Source: Spirochaetota bacterium (GTDB lineage Bacteria; Spirochaetota; UBA4802; UBA5550). From it: a DNA stretch of 64,000 bases. The stretch spans positions 3,520,001 to 3,584,000 of the forward strand of contig CAXXHB010000003.1 in NCBI GenBank assembly GCA_963664815.2, in the 5' to 3' direction. The translations under genes were made by a program, and so were the position numbers. This document shows positions 10,140 through 20,342 of the stretch, piece after piece. Within the stretch, counting starts at the first letter, position 1; every line of letters begins with the position of its first letter. The notes under the pieces are model-generated. The model made no database searches. It was not told the DNA's origin and was given only the letters and a program-made list of their open reading frames with translations.

Positions 10140-10425
10140 ATTTGAATTGTTGATTAATTTTTATTACAGGTTTTCCATCTTCATCTCTGCTTAAAGTACA
10201 TACTGCATCAATTATCCCTGCATATCGTTCATCAGATGCACGAAGTCCATTAAAATCTGTATTTTCAAGAAACTCCGTAAGGAGTTCAAGCTGATCTGTT
10301 AAAATCTGCGGAACTGTATCATCAGTAAATTCCAGTATAATCATTGTAATACGTCTGAATTCAATTTTTGCAGCACTCTGGATACAGTGCCCGCCGGTTT
10401 TCAAGCTAACAGATACTTCTTTCAT
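10138..10425 (-). CDS. hypothetical protein
   Basis: ORF in operon; LELLTEFLENTDFNGLR helix pattern. Confidence 0.7.
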   Translation of the reverse strand: MKEVSVSLKTGGHCIQSAAKIEFRRITMIILEFTDDTVPQILTDQLELLTEFLENTDFNGLRASDERYAGIIDAVCTLSRDEDGKPVIKINQQFK

Positions 10426-10431
10426 TTTATT

Positions 10432-10770
10432 CTAATGATCACAGGCATTTGCACCGGTTATAAGCTGCCCGTCCAGGTAACTCTGAAGAACCGCTTTCGG
10501 ATCACCTGCAGGTGCACCAGTAATTACATCAACTCCCCGCTCTTTGAAAAGGGATACAGCACGGGCACCCATTCCACCTGCGATCACAAAGTTGACCCCT
10601 TTATCTGCTATCCATCCCGGCAGAACACCGGGCTCATGAGGCGGAGGCGTAACGGCTGTTGTTGCTGTTATGCTTTTTTTAGCTGTATCCACATCAAAGA
10701 GCAGAAACTGCTCACAGTGACCAAAATGCATACATAGTTTTCCTTCTGTTACAGGTATTGCGATTTTCAT
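10432..10770 (-). CDS. NifB/NifX-like (FeMo-co-binding family) protein
   Basis: MKIAIP...HFGHCE.F, PPPHEPG, IAGGMG.RA, C-terminal N.CDH. Confidence 0.9.
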   Translation of the reverse strand: MKIAIPVTEGKLCMHFGHCEQFLLFDVDTAKKSITATTAVTPPPHEPGVLPGWIADKGVNFVIAGGMGARAVSLFKERGVDVITGAPAGDPKAVLQSYLDGQLITGANACDH

Positions 10771-11633
10771 ACATTATCTCCATTTATTATTAACTCTATT
10801 ATTGAGGTGAAACTTTTCTGTGCCGGCGTTCTATTCGGTGCTGTAGAACTTATATGGGGTGAGCCGCTATCTCCGCTATGTACTATCTCTGGCTCAATCG
10901 GGATTGAACCGAGAAAAGGAACACCCATGTTCTCTGCCATAGACTCCCCCCCTCCTGATTTAAATATGTCTGTCACCGTATTACAGTGAGGACATACAAA
11001 ACCGCTCATATTCTCTATCACGCCGATCACATTCATTTTAAGCTGATGACAGAATGTTATCGATTTTCTCACATCGGCAAGAGCTACATCCTGAGGAGTA
11101 GTTACGATAACAGCACCGTCCGGGTCAGGTATCAGCTGACATACAGATAGAGGCTCATCGCCTGTACCTGGAGGTGAATCGACTATAAGATAATCAAGAT
11201 CCCCCCATACAACATCAGACAGGAACTGCTTGATAATCCCATATTTAAGAGGCCCTCTCCATACCACAGCTTCATCTGCATCTGCCATTAAAAAACCTAT
11301 AGACATAACTATAAGATTATCGCTGTATTTTACAGGATAGATTGTCTTCTCACCTCCGCCCATTGCCATTACGCCGTCAAGGCCAAGCATCTTGGGTACA
11401 CTCGGGCCATGAATATCAACATCAAGAAGCCCTACTTTCAGGCCCTTTGCGGCAAGAGATACAGCAAGGTTTACTGCTACTGTGCTTTTCCCCACACCAC
11501 CTTTGCCTGAAAGTACAACTAACTTATGTTTGATTTTACCCATATTGTCTTTCAGAATCTGATCGCTCTGATCCCCGCCGGGATTACTGCCGTGCGAGCA
11601 GGCTGATGGTTTACTGCCGTTTTTGTCATTCAT
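10767..11633 (-). CDS. apbC: Mrp/NBP35 (ApbC) Fe-S carrier ATPase
   Basis: SGKGGVGKS, DVDIHGPS, WRGP, DSPPGTGD, ENMS..CPHC. Confidence 0.92.
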   Translation of the reverse strand: MNDKNGSKPSACSHGSNPGGDQSDQILKDNMGKIKHKLVVLSGKGGVGKSTVAVNLAVSLAAKGLKVGLLDVDIHGPSVPKMLGLDGVMAMGGGEKTIYPVKYSDNLIVMSIGFLMADADEAVVWRGPLKYGIIKQFLSDVVWGDLDYLIVDSPPGTGDEPLSVCQLIPDPDGAVIVTTPQDVALADVRKSITFCHQLKMNVIGVIENMSGFVCPHCNTVTDIFKSGGGESMAENMGVPFLGSIPIEPEIVHSGDSGSPHISSTAPNRTPAQKSFTSIIELIINGDNV

Positions 11634-11641
11634 ATTCTGTT

Positions 11642-12517
11642 TTAAACTCCTTCCGTTAAAATTTCTTTCTCAATTTTATACCACATATCTTTAATAGCCT
11701 CCGATGCCGGACCGCTTGAATATCCGACTATACTCTTTCCTGAAATCTGGGCTTTGGTTACGTCATCATCGTATGGGATCTCTCCAAATAGATGGACACC
11801 TTTCTCACGGCAGAACTCTGCAATTTCATCCGACTTTTCGTAGTTAATGTCATACCTGTTTATGCATACAGCAGACTTCACTTTAAAATGCTCAATCAGG
11901 GCATATACTCTCTTAAGATCATGAATACCCGAAACTGTTGGTTCTGTGACAATAAGCACAAATGAACAACCTGTTACGGTTGCTATTACCGGGCACCCTG
12001 TTCCAGGTGAACCATCGACAATTATAAGATCATATTTATTTTCCAGAGCAATTTCTTTTGCTCTCTTCCGTAGAATTGTAACAAGCTTTCCGGAATTACT
12101 CTCGGCAATACCGAGTCTCGCGTGAACCATGGGACCAAACCTTGTTTGAGATTCAAACCACCTGCCAGACTGGTGAGGTTTCATCTCAATAGCATCAACA
12201 GGGCAGAAAGCGGCACATACACCGCACCCTTCACATGAAAGCGTATCCACAACCAGAGATTTGCCAATAGCGTCAAAACGGCAAAGCACCGCGCACTTAC
12301 CACATATAGTGCAGGCTTTGCGGTTTATAAAAGCCTTGCTCCCACCGGTAAACATCTCTTCCTTAATTACCTCTGGTTTAATAATAAGATGGAGATCCGC
12401 AGCATCAACATCACAGTCAGCCATAACTTTATTCCCGGCAAGTGAAGCAAACGAAGCTGCAACACTTGTTTTACCGGTTCCCCCCTTCCCGCTTAGAATT
12501 ACCAGTTCCTTAATCAT
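11642..12517 (-). CDS. MinD-like P-loop ATPase with inserted 2x4Fe-4S ferredoxin
   Basis: SGKGGTGKT, DCDVDAADL, two CxxCxxCxxxC, DGSPGTGCPV, EPT.SG.HDL. Confidence 0.92.
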   Translation of the reverse strand: MIKELVILSGKGGTGKTSVAASFASLAGNKVMADCDVDAADLHLIIKPEVIKEEMFTGGSKAFINRKACTICGKCAVLCRFDAIGKSLVVDTLSCEGCGVCAAFCPVDAIEMKPHQSGRWFESQTRFGPMVHARLGIAESNSGKLVTILRKRAKEIALENKYDLIIVDGSPGTGCPVIATVTGCSFVLIVTEPTVSGIHDLKRVYALIEHFKVKSAVCINRYDINYEKSDEIAEFCREKGVHLFGEIPYDDDVTKAQISGKSIVGYSSGPASEAIKDMWYKIEKEILTEGV

Positions 12518-13371
12518 ATTGTACCGCCATTAACCTCTCTGCTGATATGCTCTGCGATCTTTTCCAGTTCACTGCTGAAGTGCTCTTTAATATACGAAAC
12601 AGAATCCCCCCGTGAATATCGTACTGCTATCTCCCTTGTATCTGGTATAGATGCAAACAGCAGTATAGATTCATTCTTGCAGAATTCACTTAACCGGTAA
12701 TTTCCCTGCGAAGCCCTGTTTTCCACCACGCCGAAAGGTATCTGCATTGCACGGGCCATCTCAGCCGCAAGTTTAAGGTCATTCAATCCGAATGGTGTCG
12801 GTTCAGAAACAAGAACAAGAAAATCACAGTCTCTTGCAGATTCTATTACCGGACAGGATGTACCGGGTGGGGAATCCATAATGCGTATCTCCGCTTCAGG
12901 GTAATATTTTTTAACATCCTTGATCAGCGGCGGTGACATAGACTCCCCGATATTAAGCCTCCCTCCTGCATATTTAACACCATTAATCTCACCCAGTTCA
13001 ATAATACCTGTTGTCCTTTTAACTTCACTTATTGCTTTTTCCGGGCATACTAGAAAGCATCCTCCGCATGAGTGGCACATCTCCTTTAAAACAAGGGGCT
13101 TCCCTTTAATCAGCACTATGGCACTGTACCGGCATATTTCACCGCATTTCCCGCATCCTGTACAAAGCTCCTTATCGACAGAGGGTATTAGAACAGTTGT
13201 CTGCACCTCTTCACCTACGGGAGCCTGTAAAAAGAGATTGACATTAGGTTCCTCAACATCGCAGTCCAGCAGTGCAATAGAAATATTTTTATCCGCATAA
13301 TATGAGGCAAGTGACATGGAAATTGTGGTCTTCCCTGTTCCACCCTTACCGCTTGCAATCGCTATGTCCAT
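12514..13371 (-). CDS. MinD-like P-loop ATPase with inserted 2x4Fe-4S ferredoxin (partner paralog)
   Basis: ASGKGGTGKTT, DCDVEEPN, CHSCGGC..VCP, DSPPGTSCP, EPTPFGLNDL. Confidence 0.92.
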   Translation of the reverse strand: MDIAIASGKGGTGKTTISMSLASYYADKNISIALLDCDVEEPNVNLFLQAPVGEEVQTTVLIPSVDKELCTGCGKCGEICRYSAIVLIKGKPLVLKEMCHSCGGCFLVCPEKAISEVKRTTGIIELGEINGVKYAGGRLNIGESMSPPLIKDVKKYYPEAEIRIMDSPPGTSCPVIESARDCDFLVLVSEPTPFGLNDLKLAAEMARAMQIPFGVVENRASQGNYRLSEFCKNESILLFASIPDTREIAVRYSRGDSVSYIKEHFSSELEKIAEHISREVNGGTI

Positions 13372-14515
13372 CTATCAGCTCCCCTACTACCCCTATATCA
13401 TACATCGCCTTGCAGACCATGCATCCCCTGTACGCAACGGAAACCTTTGATGAAGGGCTGTATAGCTCCTCAAGTTTTTTCAATGTTTCAGGACATAGAT
13501 CCTTTTTATGCTCATCCACTGCTGTCAGTATCCCGCTTGTACGGATGCAGTTAAGCAGACCCGCATTATCCAGAAAATCAGGTATGGTCCCCTCTCTCAT
13601 CTCTCCAATACCGCAGAGATCAAACCTTGCATCCTCTTTAAACGGCAGGCAGTAGTGCCATTTATCATCAATAAACGGGCTCATTCCGCAATGGGTGTGC
13701 CGCGATAATCTGTCAATAATCGCGGCGTTCGGCATTCTGTCGAATTCCCTCCCCGAAACTTTAAGTTTTTTCATTACATCCTTTTTGTAATACGGGTAAA
13801 ATGATCCAAGCGCGTCTTTGTTGTTACCAGACAGGGAGAGTGACGGTGACATATCTTTCATGTCAGAGGCGTCACCAAGCGGTGCAAGCGGCGTTACTCT
13901 CTGAAATACGCCGGGATATATTTTACTGAGTCTTTTGTCTGTATCATCATCAACTGAAAGCGTAACAAGTATCACAGGGAGTATCTTCATCCCCGGTTCC
14001 TGACTAAGGCGGATCAGGTTATCCATTGCTATATATCCCGACTCACTTAAATTCTCCTGGTATTCAGCGATGCTGATCCCCACTATCATTTTCTTCTCTA
14101 TCTGTGAGGACAGTCTTTTGAAAAAATCCCTGGCAAAATCCATGTTTTCAAACACCTTTCCATTGCTCGGCATAGAAATTGTTTTAATCAGGTTCATTTC
14201 GAAGAGTGATGCGAGTATATCGACAATGTCTTTACCCTGGCTTTTCCATATTGTAGGCTCACCCCCTGTGACAAACTGATATTCAAGGCTGTAAGATTCC
14301 GCGAGATTCCTTAGATCCACCAGGTATTTTTCAAAAACATCATACTCAACTTTCGCTACACTTGAATTGGCCGAACGGAGACAGGCCTTGCACTGTTTAT
14401 TGCATCCATTTGTCATCTGAATTGCAGGGTAAAGATTATGTGGTATTATCACTCTCCCCGCCTGTGAGGCTTTCCATTTTTTCATCTGCATATAATTCTG
14501 AAAACCTGCCAACAT
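13346..14515 (-). CDS. radical SAM protein, unassigned family
   Basis: CNKQCKAC (CxxxCxxC), TGGEP; C-terminal Cys residues (HCG..YC..LC..GCMVC). Confidence 0.85.
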   Translation of the reverse strand: MLAGFQNYMQMKKWKASQAGRVIIPHNLYPAIQMTNGCNKQCKACLRSANSSVAKVEYDVFEKYLVDLRNLAESYSLEYQFVTGGEPTIWKSQGKDIVDILASLFEMNLIKTISMPSNGKVFENMDFARDFFKRLSSQIEKKMIVGISIAEYQENLSESGYIAMDNLIRLSQEPGMKILPVILVTLSVDDDTDKRLSKIYPGVFQRVTPLAPLGDASDMKDMSPSLSLSGNNKDALGSFYPYYKKDVMKKLKVSGREFDRMPNAAIIDRLSRHTHCGMSPFIDDKWHYCLPFKEDARFDLCGIGEMREGTIPDFLDNAGLLNCIRTSGILTAVDEHKKDLCPETLKKLEELYSPSSKVSVAYRGCMVCKAMYDIGVVGELIDGHSDCKR

Positions 14516-14559
14516 TATTTTTTAATCCTCCTCTTTGTGTTCTATGTGTTTACTAAATG

Positions 14560-14663
14560 CCCTCATCCGCTCGACGCTATCGCGCGATCACCCTCTCCCT
14601 GCTTTTAGCCGGGAGAGGGTAAATGTTGCCAAACCCTCGCCCGGGCAAAGCCGTGGAGAGAGC
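14560..14663. repeat. GC-rich REP-like palindromic element
   Basis: CCCTCATCC...ACCCTCTCCC-N11-GGGAGAGGGT stem plus a degenerate second unit in an intra-operon gap. Confidence 0.55.
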
Positions 14664-14673
14664 ATTTCATTTA

Positions 14674-15513
14674 TTAAAAATCAAAAACCCTCCCTACTGA
14701 AGCGTTAACAAACTTATACCCGAACTCCGAAGCAAACCGGCAGGCTATCTTAAAGCCGGTGCAGTGTGAAACGGCAATTTTATCGACGTCATATCTTTTT
14801 ACAGCATCAATGGCCTTTAAGACGTACTCTTCCGGTGCGCTGTCAAGATGGGTGCCGCCGATTACCGCATGAAATTTTTTAACTCCCGTACTCTCAGAAA
14901 ACTGATCAAGTATCTCAACCATTCCCGCATGAGCACATCCAAGAAGCACAACAGGTCCGGAAGCAGTTTCAAGAAGGAGCGACAGATCATCGATGAACAG
15001 ATCATCATTCACTCCTGTCTCAGATCTTACTTTCAGCATTTTATCCCAGGGCTTCCAGCAAGATTCATGTTTAACACCGCTGAGAGATGTAATTGAATCG
15101 ATAATTCTGCATTTGCCTTCTATTACTTCAAAAAATTTTGCACCGTTCTCTTCATAGACTTCTCTTGTCTGTTTCATCCCTATCGGGACAGTTGCACCCG
15201 ATGGCAGAAGAGCTACTTTTTCATTAAATGCCGCACCGTTAAGATAAACAGGAAGAGTCCCGCCATGTTCTTTCAGAACCGGCAGTAATCCCCCGGTATG
15301 ATCGTAGTGTCCGTGACTTAAAATCACCCTTCTTATTGCCGGAATATTTTTACCCAGAGTTTTAAGATTATGTACAACTCCCAGTCCCTGCCCCGTGTCA
15401 AAAAGAGTTATATCCTCACCATCCTCAATGAGAAAAGATAATCCATGTTCTGCTATCAGAGGGAATGGGACCTGTACGCTGTTTTCACATATAACCGTTA
15501 CTTTTTTTATCAT
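14674..15513 (-). CDS. MBL-fold metallo-hydrolase (MJ0301-like)
   Basis: EHGLS, LFDTG, LSHGHYDHTGG, GCAHAG, IGGTHL, HCTG. Confidence 0.9.
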   Translation of the reverse strand: MIKKVTVICENSVQVPFPLIAEHGLSFLIEDGEDITLFDTGQGLGVVHNLKTLGKNIPAIRRVILSHGHYDHTGGLLPVLKEHGGTLPVYLNGAAFNEKVALLPSGATVPIGMKQTREVYEENGAKFFEVIEGKCRIIDSITSLSGVKHESCWKPWDKMLKVRSETGVNDDLFIDDLSLLLETASGPVVLLGCAHAGMVEILDQFSESTGVKKFHAVIGGTHLDSAPEEYVLKAIDAVKRYDVDKIAVSHCTGFKIACRFASEFGYKFVNASVGRVFDF

Positions 15514-15627
15514 TGTCTTCCTCTTAAATATAAACTCAAAATTTCGGCCGGGTACCCCATTCCATTTTCTGACATGAAATACCCGACCAGGAGTTTTATG
15601 GAATAGAAAGAAAGCTTGATAATTTTG

Positions 15628-15987
15628 TTACCAGTGCCCCTCAACATTTGCATTTGATGTAAGTTCCAGCTCACCTTTACTGTATTTATCAAGGGCTGTG
15701 CCGACAGTTCCATCCTTAAACAGGTAAATTTTTACACCGGCGGCGTTAAGTGTCGTGAATGCCTTCGGGCCGACATTTCCTGTGATGACGACATCCGCTC
15801 CTGCATCAATTACAGTTTTTGCAGACTGTATACCCGCTCCCTGTGCCGCTTCGAGATTCTGTTTATTGTCAACATATACCGATTCATTTGAATCCATGTC
15901 ATAGATCATAAAACCTTTCGCCCGCCCGAATCTCTGGTCAACTATTGCCGCAAGGTCCTTTTTATCTGTTGATACAGCTATTTTCAT
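15628..15987 (-). CDS. NifB/NifX-like protein, Orange protein (ORP)/MTH1175 type
   Basis: VD.RFGRA..F, N..AAQGAGIQ.A, ITGNVGPKAF..L, ANV.GHW. Confidence 0.9.
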   Translation of the reverse strand: MKIAVSTDKKDLAAIVDQRFGRAKGFMIYDMDSNESVYVDNKQNLEAAQGAGIQSAKTVIDAGADVVITGNVGPKAFTTLNAAGVKIYLFKDGTVGTALDKYSKGELELTSNANVEGHW

Positions 15988-16409
15988 ATAGCCTCCTTTT
16001 TATCATTTTCTGAGGTTTCCTTACCGCATACTGCACCTGAAATGAGTTTTCTTTTTCTCATCATCCCACCGCAGCTCCCTTTTTCGGGAAGAACAGATTG
16101 CAGAGTATTGTTAAGGTACGATTTAATTACCTCGTCAACCGGGCCGCTGATCCATGGAATATGCTTTATACCTGTTTCGCTGATAATGTAGGATAGATAC
16201 CTGCTCACCGCACCGCTGATAATTACAGCGACACCTATCTCTTTCAGTTTCTGAATCCTCATTCTATCAGAATCTGCATTCAGATTGATCACAATTCTCT
16301 GTGTGACCGCATTACCCTTAACCTCAAAGAGTACAAACCTCTCCGATACATCAAGCAGAGGGGATATACGTTCTTCAAATACCGGTATTGCAATAAGTTT
16401 ACTTTTCAT
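15984..16409 (-). CDS. NifB/NifX-like protein
   Basis: IAIPVF..RISP.LD, IISGAVS, W.SG.V..V. Confidence 0.8.
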   Translation of the reverse strand: MKSKLIAIPVFEERISPLLDVSERFVLFEVKGNAVTQRIVINLNADSDRMRIQKLKEIGVAVIISGAVSRYLSYIISETGIKHIPWISGPVDEVIKSYLNNTLQSVLPEKGSCGGMMRKRKLISGAVCGKETSENDKKEAI

Positions 16410-16421
16410 ACAATACTAATA

Positions 16422-16437
16422 AGCACATTCCGTGCCA
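16422..16437 (-). promoter_or_regulatory. sigma54 (-24/-12) promoter TGGCACGGAATGTGCT
   Basis: GG-N10-GC with TGGCACG match, directly upstream of the ORP operon. Confidence 0.85.
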
Positions 16438-16595
16438 TAAGTTGAATCTTCTATAAGTTATAAACTTTAACTCTTCTTTTATACAAATAAATAAACAATT
16501 TAAGAGATATGACATTTTTTAGAGATATTAGAGAGCAGGCGACAGGTATAAATATAACTTAATAATTTGTTATAGATTTTAAATCATCAATAGTC

Positions 16596-16642
16596 ATTGC
16601 ATAGTGCAATTAAAATCAGTTGTTTTCATTGCACTATGCAAT
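16596..16642. promoter_or_regulatory. paired enhancer sites ATTGCA-N3-TGCAAT (16596-16610, 16628-16642)
   Basis: Two palindromes 32 bp apart, 159 bp upstream of the sigma54 promoter; same design at 28733-28780. Confidence 0.8.
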
Positions 16643-16675
16643 TGTTCACGACTGATTTTCATTATTATAAACTCC

Positions 16676-17542
16676 TCATTCTTTGTTTAATAAATTAATC
16701 CGTGCTATTTTATCCCCAAGCCTGACATTTTTTCCTGTTTCCAGATTTTCAAATTGAATCGAGTCTTTCTGAAAAACCAGTATTACGGTTGATCCCATAT
16801 GAAAGACTCCAAGCTCACTTCCCTTTTCAACGGCCGGTATATTTTTTTCAGGATATATAAATCCGCATTTTCTTTTAAACACCCCAGCGTGCAGATTATC
16901 ATAGCTTAATTGTATATTCCCTACATTCATTGCCCCTATTTTGCATACCGCCATAAGGCCGCAATCAGTGACAAAGTAAGTTATCAATTTTTCGTTTCTG
17001 CAATATACTTTATTTATTCGATTAGCAACATACGGCCTGACGGAATATTTCCTTCCGGGATAATAGGAATAGCCTGCCACACGCCCCTTTACTGGAAAAT
17101 GTATTCTGTGATAATCTGCCGGTGAAAGATATAACGTAATGTAATAACCATCGATAAAATATCTGTTCATGCTGTCATCAGGTATCAGTTCACTCAACAG
17201 GTAATAAAATCCTTTCGACTGGATCATCGTGCAGGCGGTTATTTTTCCAAATTGATCTATTCTCCCGTCAACAGGTGAAATTATGCTGTTTTTATTTTTA
17301 TCAATTTTGTGTATCCCCGGTCTAATACTTCTTGTAAAAAAATCCTCAAAACTCCTGAATCCGCCCTGCGGAACAAGAATTTCACCGGTATCGACTTTAT
17401 AACGTCTGCAATAATAATCAATTACAGAATCAAGGATCAGTCGTTGCACCTTCAGTCTGGAAAAATAGCCGGTTAATCGGGAAATCAGTTTAACCGGTAT
17501 CATCATATAAATAAATCCGATAATATAATATGTTCTTTCCAT
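16676..17542 (-). CDS. psd: phosphatidylserine decarboxylase proenzyme
   Basis: FFTR, SPVDG, YLSPADYHRIH, NEK, GAMNVG, FHMGSTVIL (GST cleavage site). Confidence 0.92.
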   Translation of the reverse strand: MERTYYIIGFIYMMIPVKLISRLTGYFSRLKVQRLILDSVIDYYCRRYKVDTGEILVPQGGFRSFEDFFTRSIRPGIHKIDKNKNSIISPVDGRIDQFGKITACTMIQSKGFYYLLSELIPDDSMNRYFIDGYYITLYLSPADYHRIHFPVKGRVAGYSYYPGRKYSVRPYVANRINKVYCRNEKLITYFVTDCGLMAVCKIGAMNVGNIQLSYDNLHAGVFKRKCGFIYPEKNIPAVEKGSELGVFHMGSTVILVFQKDSIQFENLETGKNVRLGDKIARINLLNKE

Positions 17543-17554
17543 TTTTTTAATATT

Positions 17555-18061
17555 TTATTCCCTGTTCAGCTTTCTAATTTTTTTTAGTTCTGACCTGAAC
17601 TCATCCCTGATATATTTTTCTATTCTGTCTATAAAGAGTATTCCGTCAAGATGGTCAATCTCATGCTGAAGAACCCGGGCCATAAGGCCCGATGAGTCTA
17701 ACCGGATATCTTTTCCATCTGGCGTTATCCCCTTTACGTAGACTTCAGCAGGTCTTATAACATCCGTAAAAATTTTCGGCACGGAAAGACAGCCCTCTTC
17801 ATAAGGCTCGAATTTATTTGACAAACTGAGAATCTCCGGATTAAGAAGAACAATCCGGCCGCTTTCACCTTCCCCTGTATCTACCATAATAATTCTTTTC
17901 CCGACATCAACCTGCGGTGCCGCAAGTCCTAGGCCTCTCTCTTTAACCATAATATCAGACATCTCATTAATAAGCGCAATGATGCCGTCGTCAATATTTT
18001 CAACTCTTTCAGCAACCGAGGCAAGGGTTGTATTTCCATAATATACAAGACTGTGAGCCAT
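17555..18061 (-). CDS. def: peptide deformylase
   Basis: GLGLAAPQ, EGCLS, QHEIDHLDG. Confidence 0.97.
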   Translation of the reverse strand: MAHSLVYYGNTTLASVAERVENIDDGIIALINEMSDIMVKERGLGLAAPQVDVGKRIIMVDTGEGESGRIVLLNPEILSLSNKFEPYEEGCLSVPKIFTDVIRPAEVYVKGITPDGKDIRLDSSGLMARVLQHEIDHLDGILFIDRIEKYIRDEFRSELKKIRKLNRE

Positions 18062-18069
18062 ACTAATCC

Positions 18070-19266
18070 CTATCTGTATCCGTAGTTATCAACAACAAAA
18101 TCTATATCCTTATCGCCCCGTCCGGAAAGGTTCACCAGTATCGACCTCCTTGGGTTTTCTTTCGCGTATTTCATTGAGTACGCAACAGCGTGAGCGCTTT
18201 CAAGTGCAGGGATAATTCCCTCCACTTTTGAAAGGATATAGAATGCATCGAGGCATTCATCGTCAGACGCAGTAGTATATTCTACCCGATGGTTATCTTT
18301 CAGCATGCAGTGTTCCGGTCCAGATCCGGGATAGTCAAGTCCGCTTGCAATGGAATAAACAGGTGACGGCTCACCCTTGTCATCCTGTAAAAGATAGCTG
18401 CGGAAACCGTGCAGAACACCTGGTTTTCCGTACGAAAGACTCGCGGCGTGATCACCTATTTTAAGTGAACGTCCGGATGGTTCAACTCCTACAATTCGTA
18501 CACCTTCATCATTGATGAAAGCCGAAAACAGTCCCATCGCATTTGAGCCGCCGCCTACACATGCAGTGATAGTATCAGGGAGTTCACCAGTCATTTCGAG
18601 GAATTGCTCGCGGGCTTCAACCCCGACAACGTGCTGAAAATCGCGAACCATCATCGGGAATGGATGAGGGCCTACAACTGAGCCGATACAGTACATGGCG
18701 GTTTCCGGATCTTTAAGATACGCGTCAAAAGCAGAATCAACTGCTTCTTTGAGTGTCTTAAGCCCGTGAGAGACAGGGACAAGCGTTGCGCCGAGCAGTT
18801 TCATGCGCACTACATTCGGATGCTCCTTGACAATATCAACTTCACCCATATGTATCTCACATTCAAGCCCGAAATAAGCCGCGGCTGTTGCCAGCGCTAC
18901 ACCGTGCTGTCCTGCTCCGGTTTCGGCTATTACCTTTTTCTTGCCCATATATTTTGCCAGAAGAGCTTCACCCATACAGTGATTAAGCTTATGCGCTCCT
19001 GTATGGTTAAGGTCCTCCCGCTTCATATAGATCCTTCCGCCTATCTTATTCGAAAGGTTCCTGCAGAAATATGTTGGAGTAGGCCTCCCCTGAAAATGCT
19101 TGCGGATATTTCTAAGTTCCGAAATAAAATCGTGTGACTTGCTTATAGAGTAATAGGCATCGGTTATTTTATCCATTTCAGCTTGAAGTTCCGGCGGTAT
19201 GTATGAACCGCCGTATTCGCCAAAATAACCCTTTGAATCCGGTACTGTTTTCATGTAATCGCTCAT
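18070..19266 (-). CDS. trpB: tryptophan synthase beta chain (stand-alone)
   Basis: [45 protein letters not shown]. Confidence 0.97.
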   Translation of the reverse strand: MSDYMKTVPDSKGYFGEYGGSYIPPELQAEMDKITDAYYSISKSHDFISELRNIRKHFQGRPTPTYFCRNLSNKIGGRIYMKREDLNHTGAHKLNHCMGEALLAKYMGKKKVIAETGAGQHGVALATAAAYFGLECEIHMGEVDIVKEHPNVVRMKLLGATLVPVSHGLKTLKEAVDSAFDAYLKDPETAMYCIGSVVGPHPFPMMVRDFQHVVGVEAREQFLEMTGELPDTITACVGGGSNAMGLFSAFINDEGVRIVGVEPSGRSLKIGDHAASLSYGKPGVLHGFRSYLLQDDKGEPSPVYSIASGLDYPGSGPEHCMLKDNHRVEYTTASDDECLDAFYILSKVEGIIPALESAHAVAYSMKYAKENPRRSILVNLSGRGDKDIDFVVDNYGYR

Positions 19267-19358
19267 AACAAAAACCCCTGTTTTTTTATTTTATAGTTTA
19301 CTGTAATATCACGGCTTCCGCTTATTTCTTCATGCAACTTTAAAGTCCGGCTGAAGTA

Positions 19359-19658
19359 TTATTGTTTACCATCCATACTCACCCGGCCGCCTTCAATGCG
19401 TATTACTTTCAGATTAACTATCGCATCCGCAATTTTCAGATGAGCCGATTCAATTATCCTGCCGAAGGTCTGCCTCGATATTCCCATACTGCATGCTGCC
19501 TCTTCCTGATACATTCCTTCAAGGTCGGCAAGCCTTATCGCCTCATATTCATCCATTGTTATAACAAGTTCTTTAAATCCATCTGATGAAACACCATCAG
19601 GTGTAAAATATCTTGATTCAGGAGAACCGCATATTTTTCTGCATTGCTTAGGTCTCAA
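19359..19658 (-). CDS. DUF134 HTH DNA-binding protein
   Basis: RP...R.I, DEYEAIRLADLEGM.QEEAA..MGISRQTFGRI..A..KIA. Confidence 0.9.
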   Translation of the reverse strand: MRPKQCRKICGSPESRYFTPDGVSSDGFKELVITMDEYEAIRLADLEGMYQEEAACSMGISRQTFGRIIESAHLKIADAIVNLKVIRIEGGRVSMDGKQ

Positions 19659-19813
19659 AAGGATAAATTCTCCTTGCGTCTATGTTGAAAAGATCCTCTC
19701 ATTTAATTCTGCTTCTTGTCTCTTTACGGCTTAATAACCGGCATCTTATTGTAATATGATTATTATACTTAAAATCATAAATAAGCTGTTTAATTCCACT
19801 AGACAGTTATTAT

Positions 19814-20191
19814 TTATACAAGCTGCTTCGCACTTGAAAAGACCTCCTCCACAGACAATGCTGCAGCTGCATGACCAAGATGTTTTTTAGAATTCCATTT
19901 TTTCATATCATCAAAAATTTCACCGCTGGTTAACAACTGGATAGAACCCTTTACCTAGTATGATTTGCCCTCTTTTGTAATGAAAAGAATAACAGCTTTA
20001 CTTCCCTCAAGAATATTTTTCCTGGTTTTATCAAAGTAGTTATCCGCTACAACCAGTGTACTTTCATCATATCTATTTACGCATGTTGCATAAATAGAAT
20101 TCGGTTTTCCAGTTTTATCAACAGTTGTAAGAATAACCGGACCTGACTTCTCTTCCCATGCCTTAATTACTTCTTCTGGTAATACTGCCAT
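19814..20191 (-). pseudogene. pyridoxamine 5'-phosphate oxidase-like FMN-binding protein interrupted by one in-frame TAG (19955-19957)
   Basis: ADNYFDKTRKNI...KSY*VKGS...VEEVFS; frame continues cleanly to TAA at 19814. Confidence 0.8.
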
Positions 20192-20342
20192 AACATCTCC
20201 TTAAAAATATATATTTTGTTTCCATCAGCAATTAACATAACGCGGGCTTTTACGGGGCTGTCGCCCCGCACTCCGACTTATGAGTATTTATAAATTAACA
20301 TCCCGTCATCTTATTTACAGCATAAATTGGAGACTAATTTTT

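Noticed and set aside
10432-16409. Nitrogenase cluster (NifX-like proteins)
   Set aside because: No nifHDK/nifEN; the context matches ORP-type clusters.
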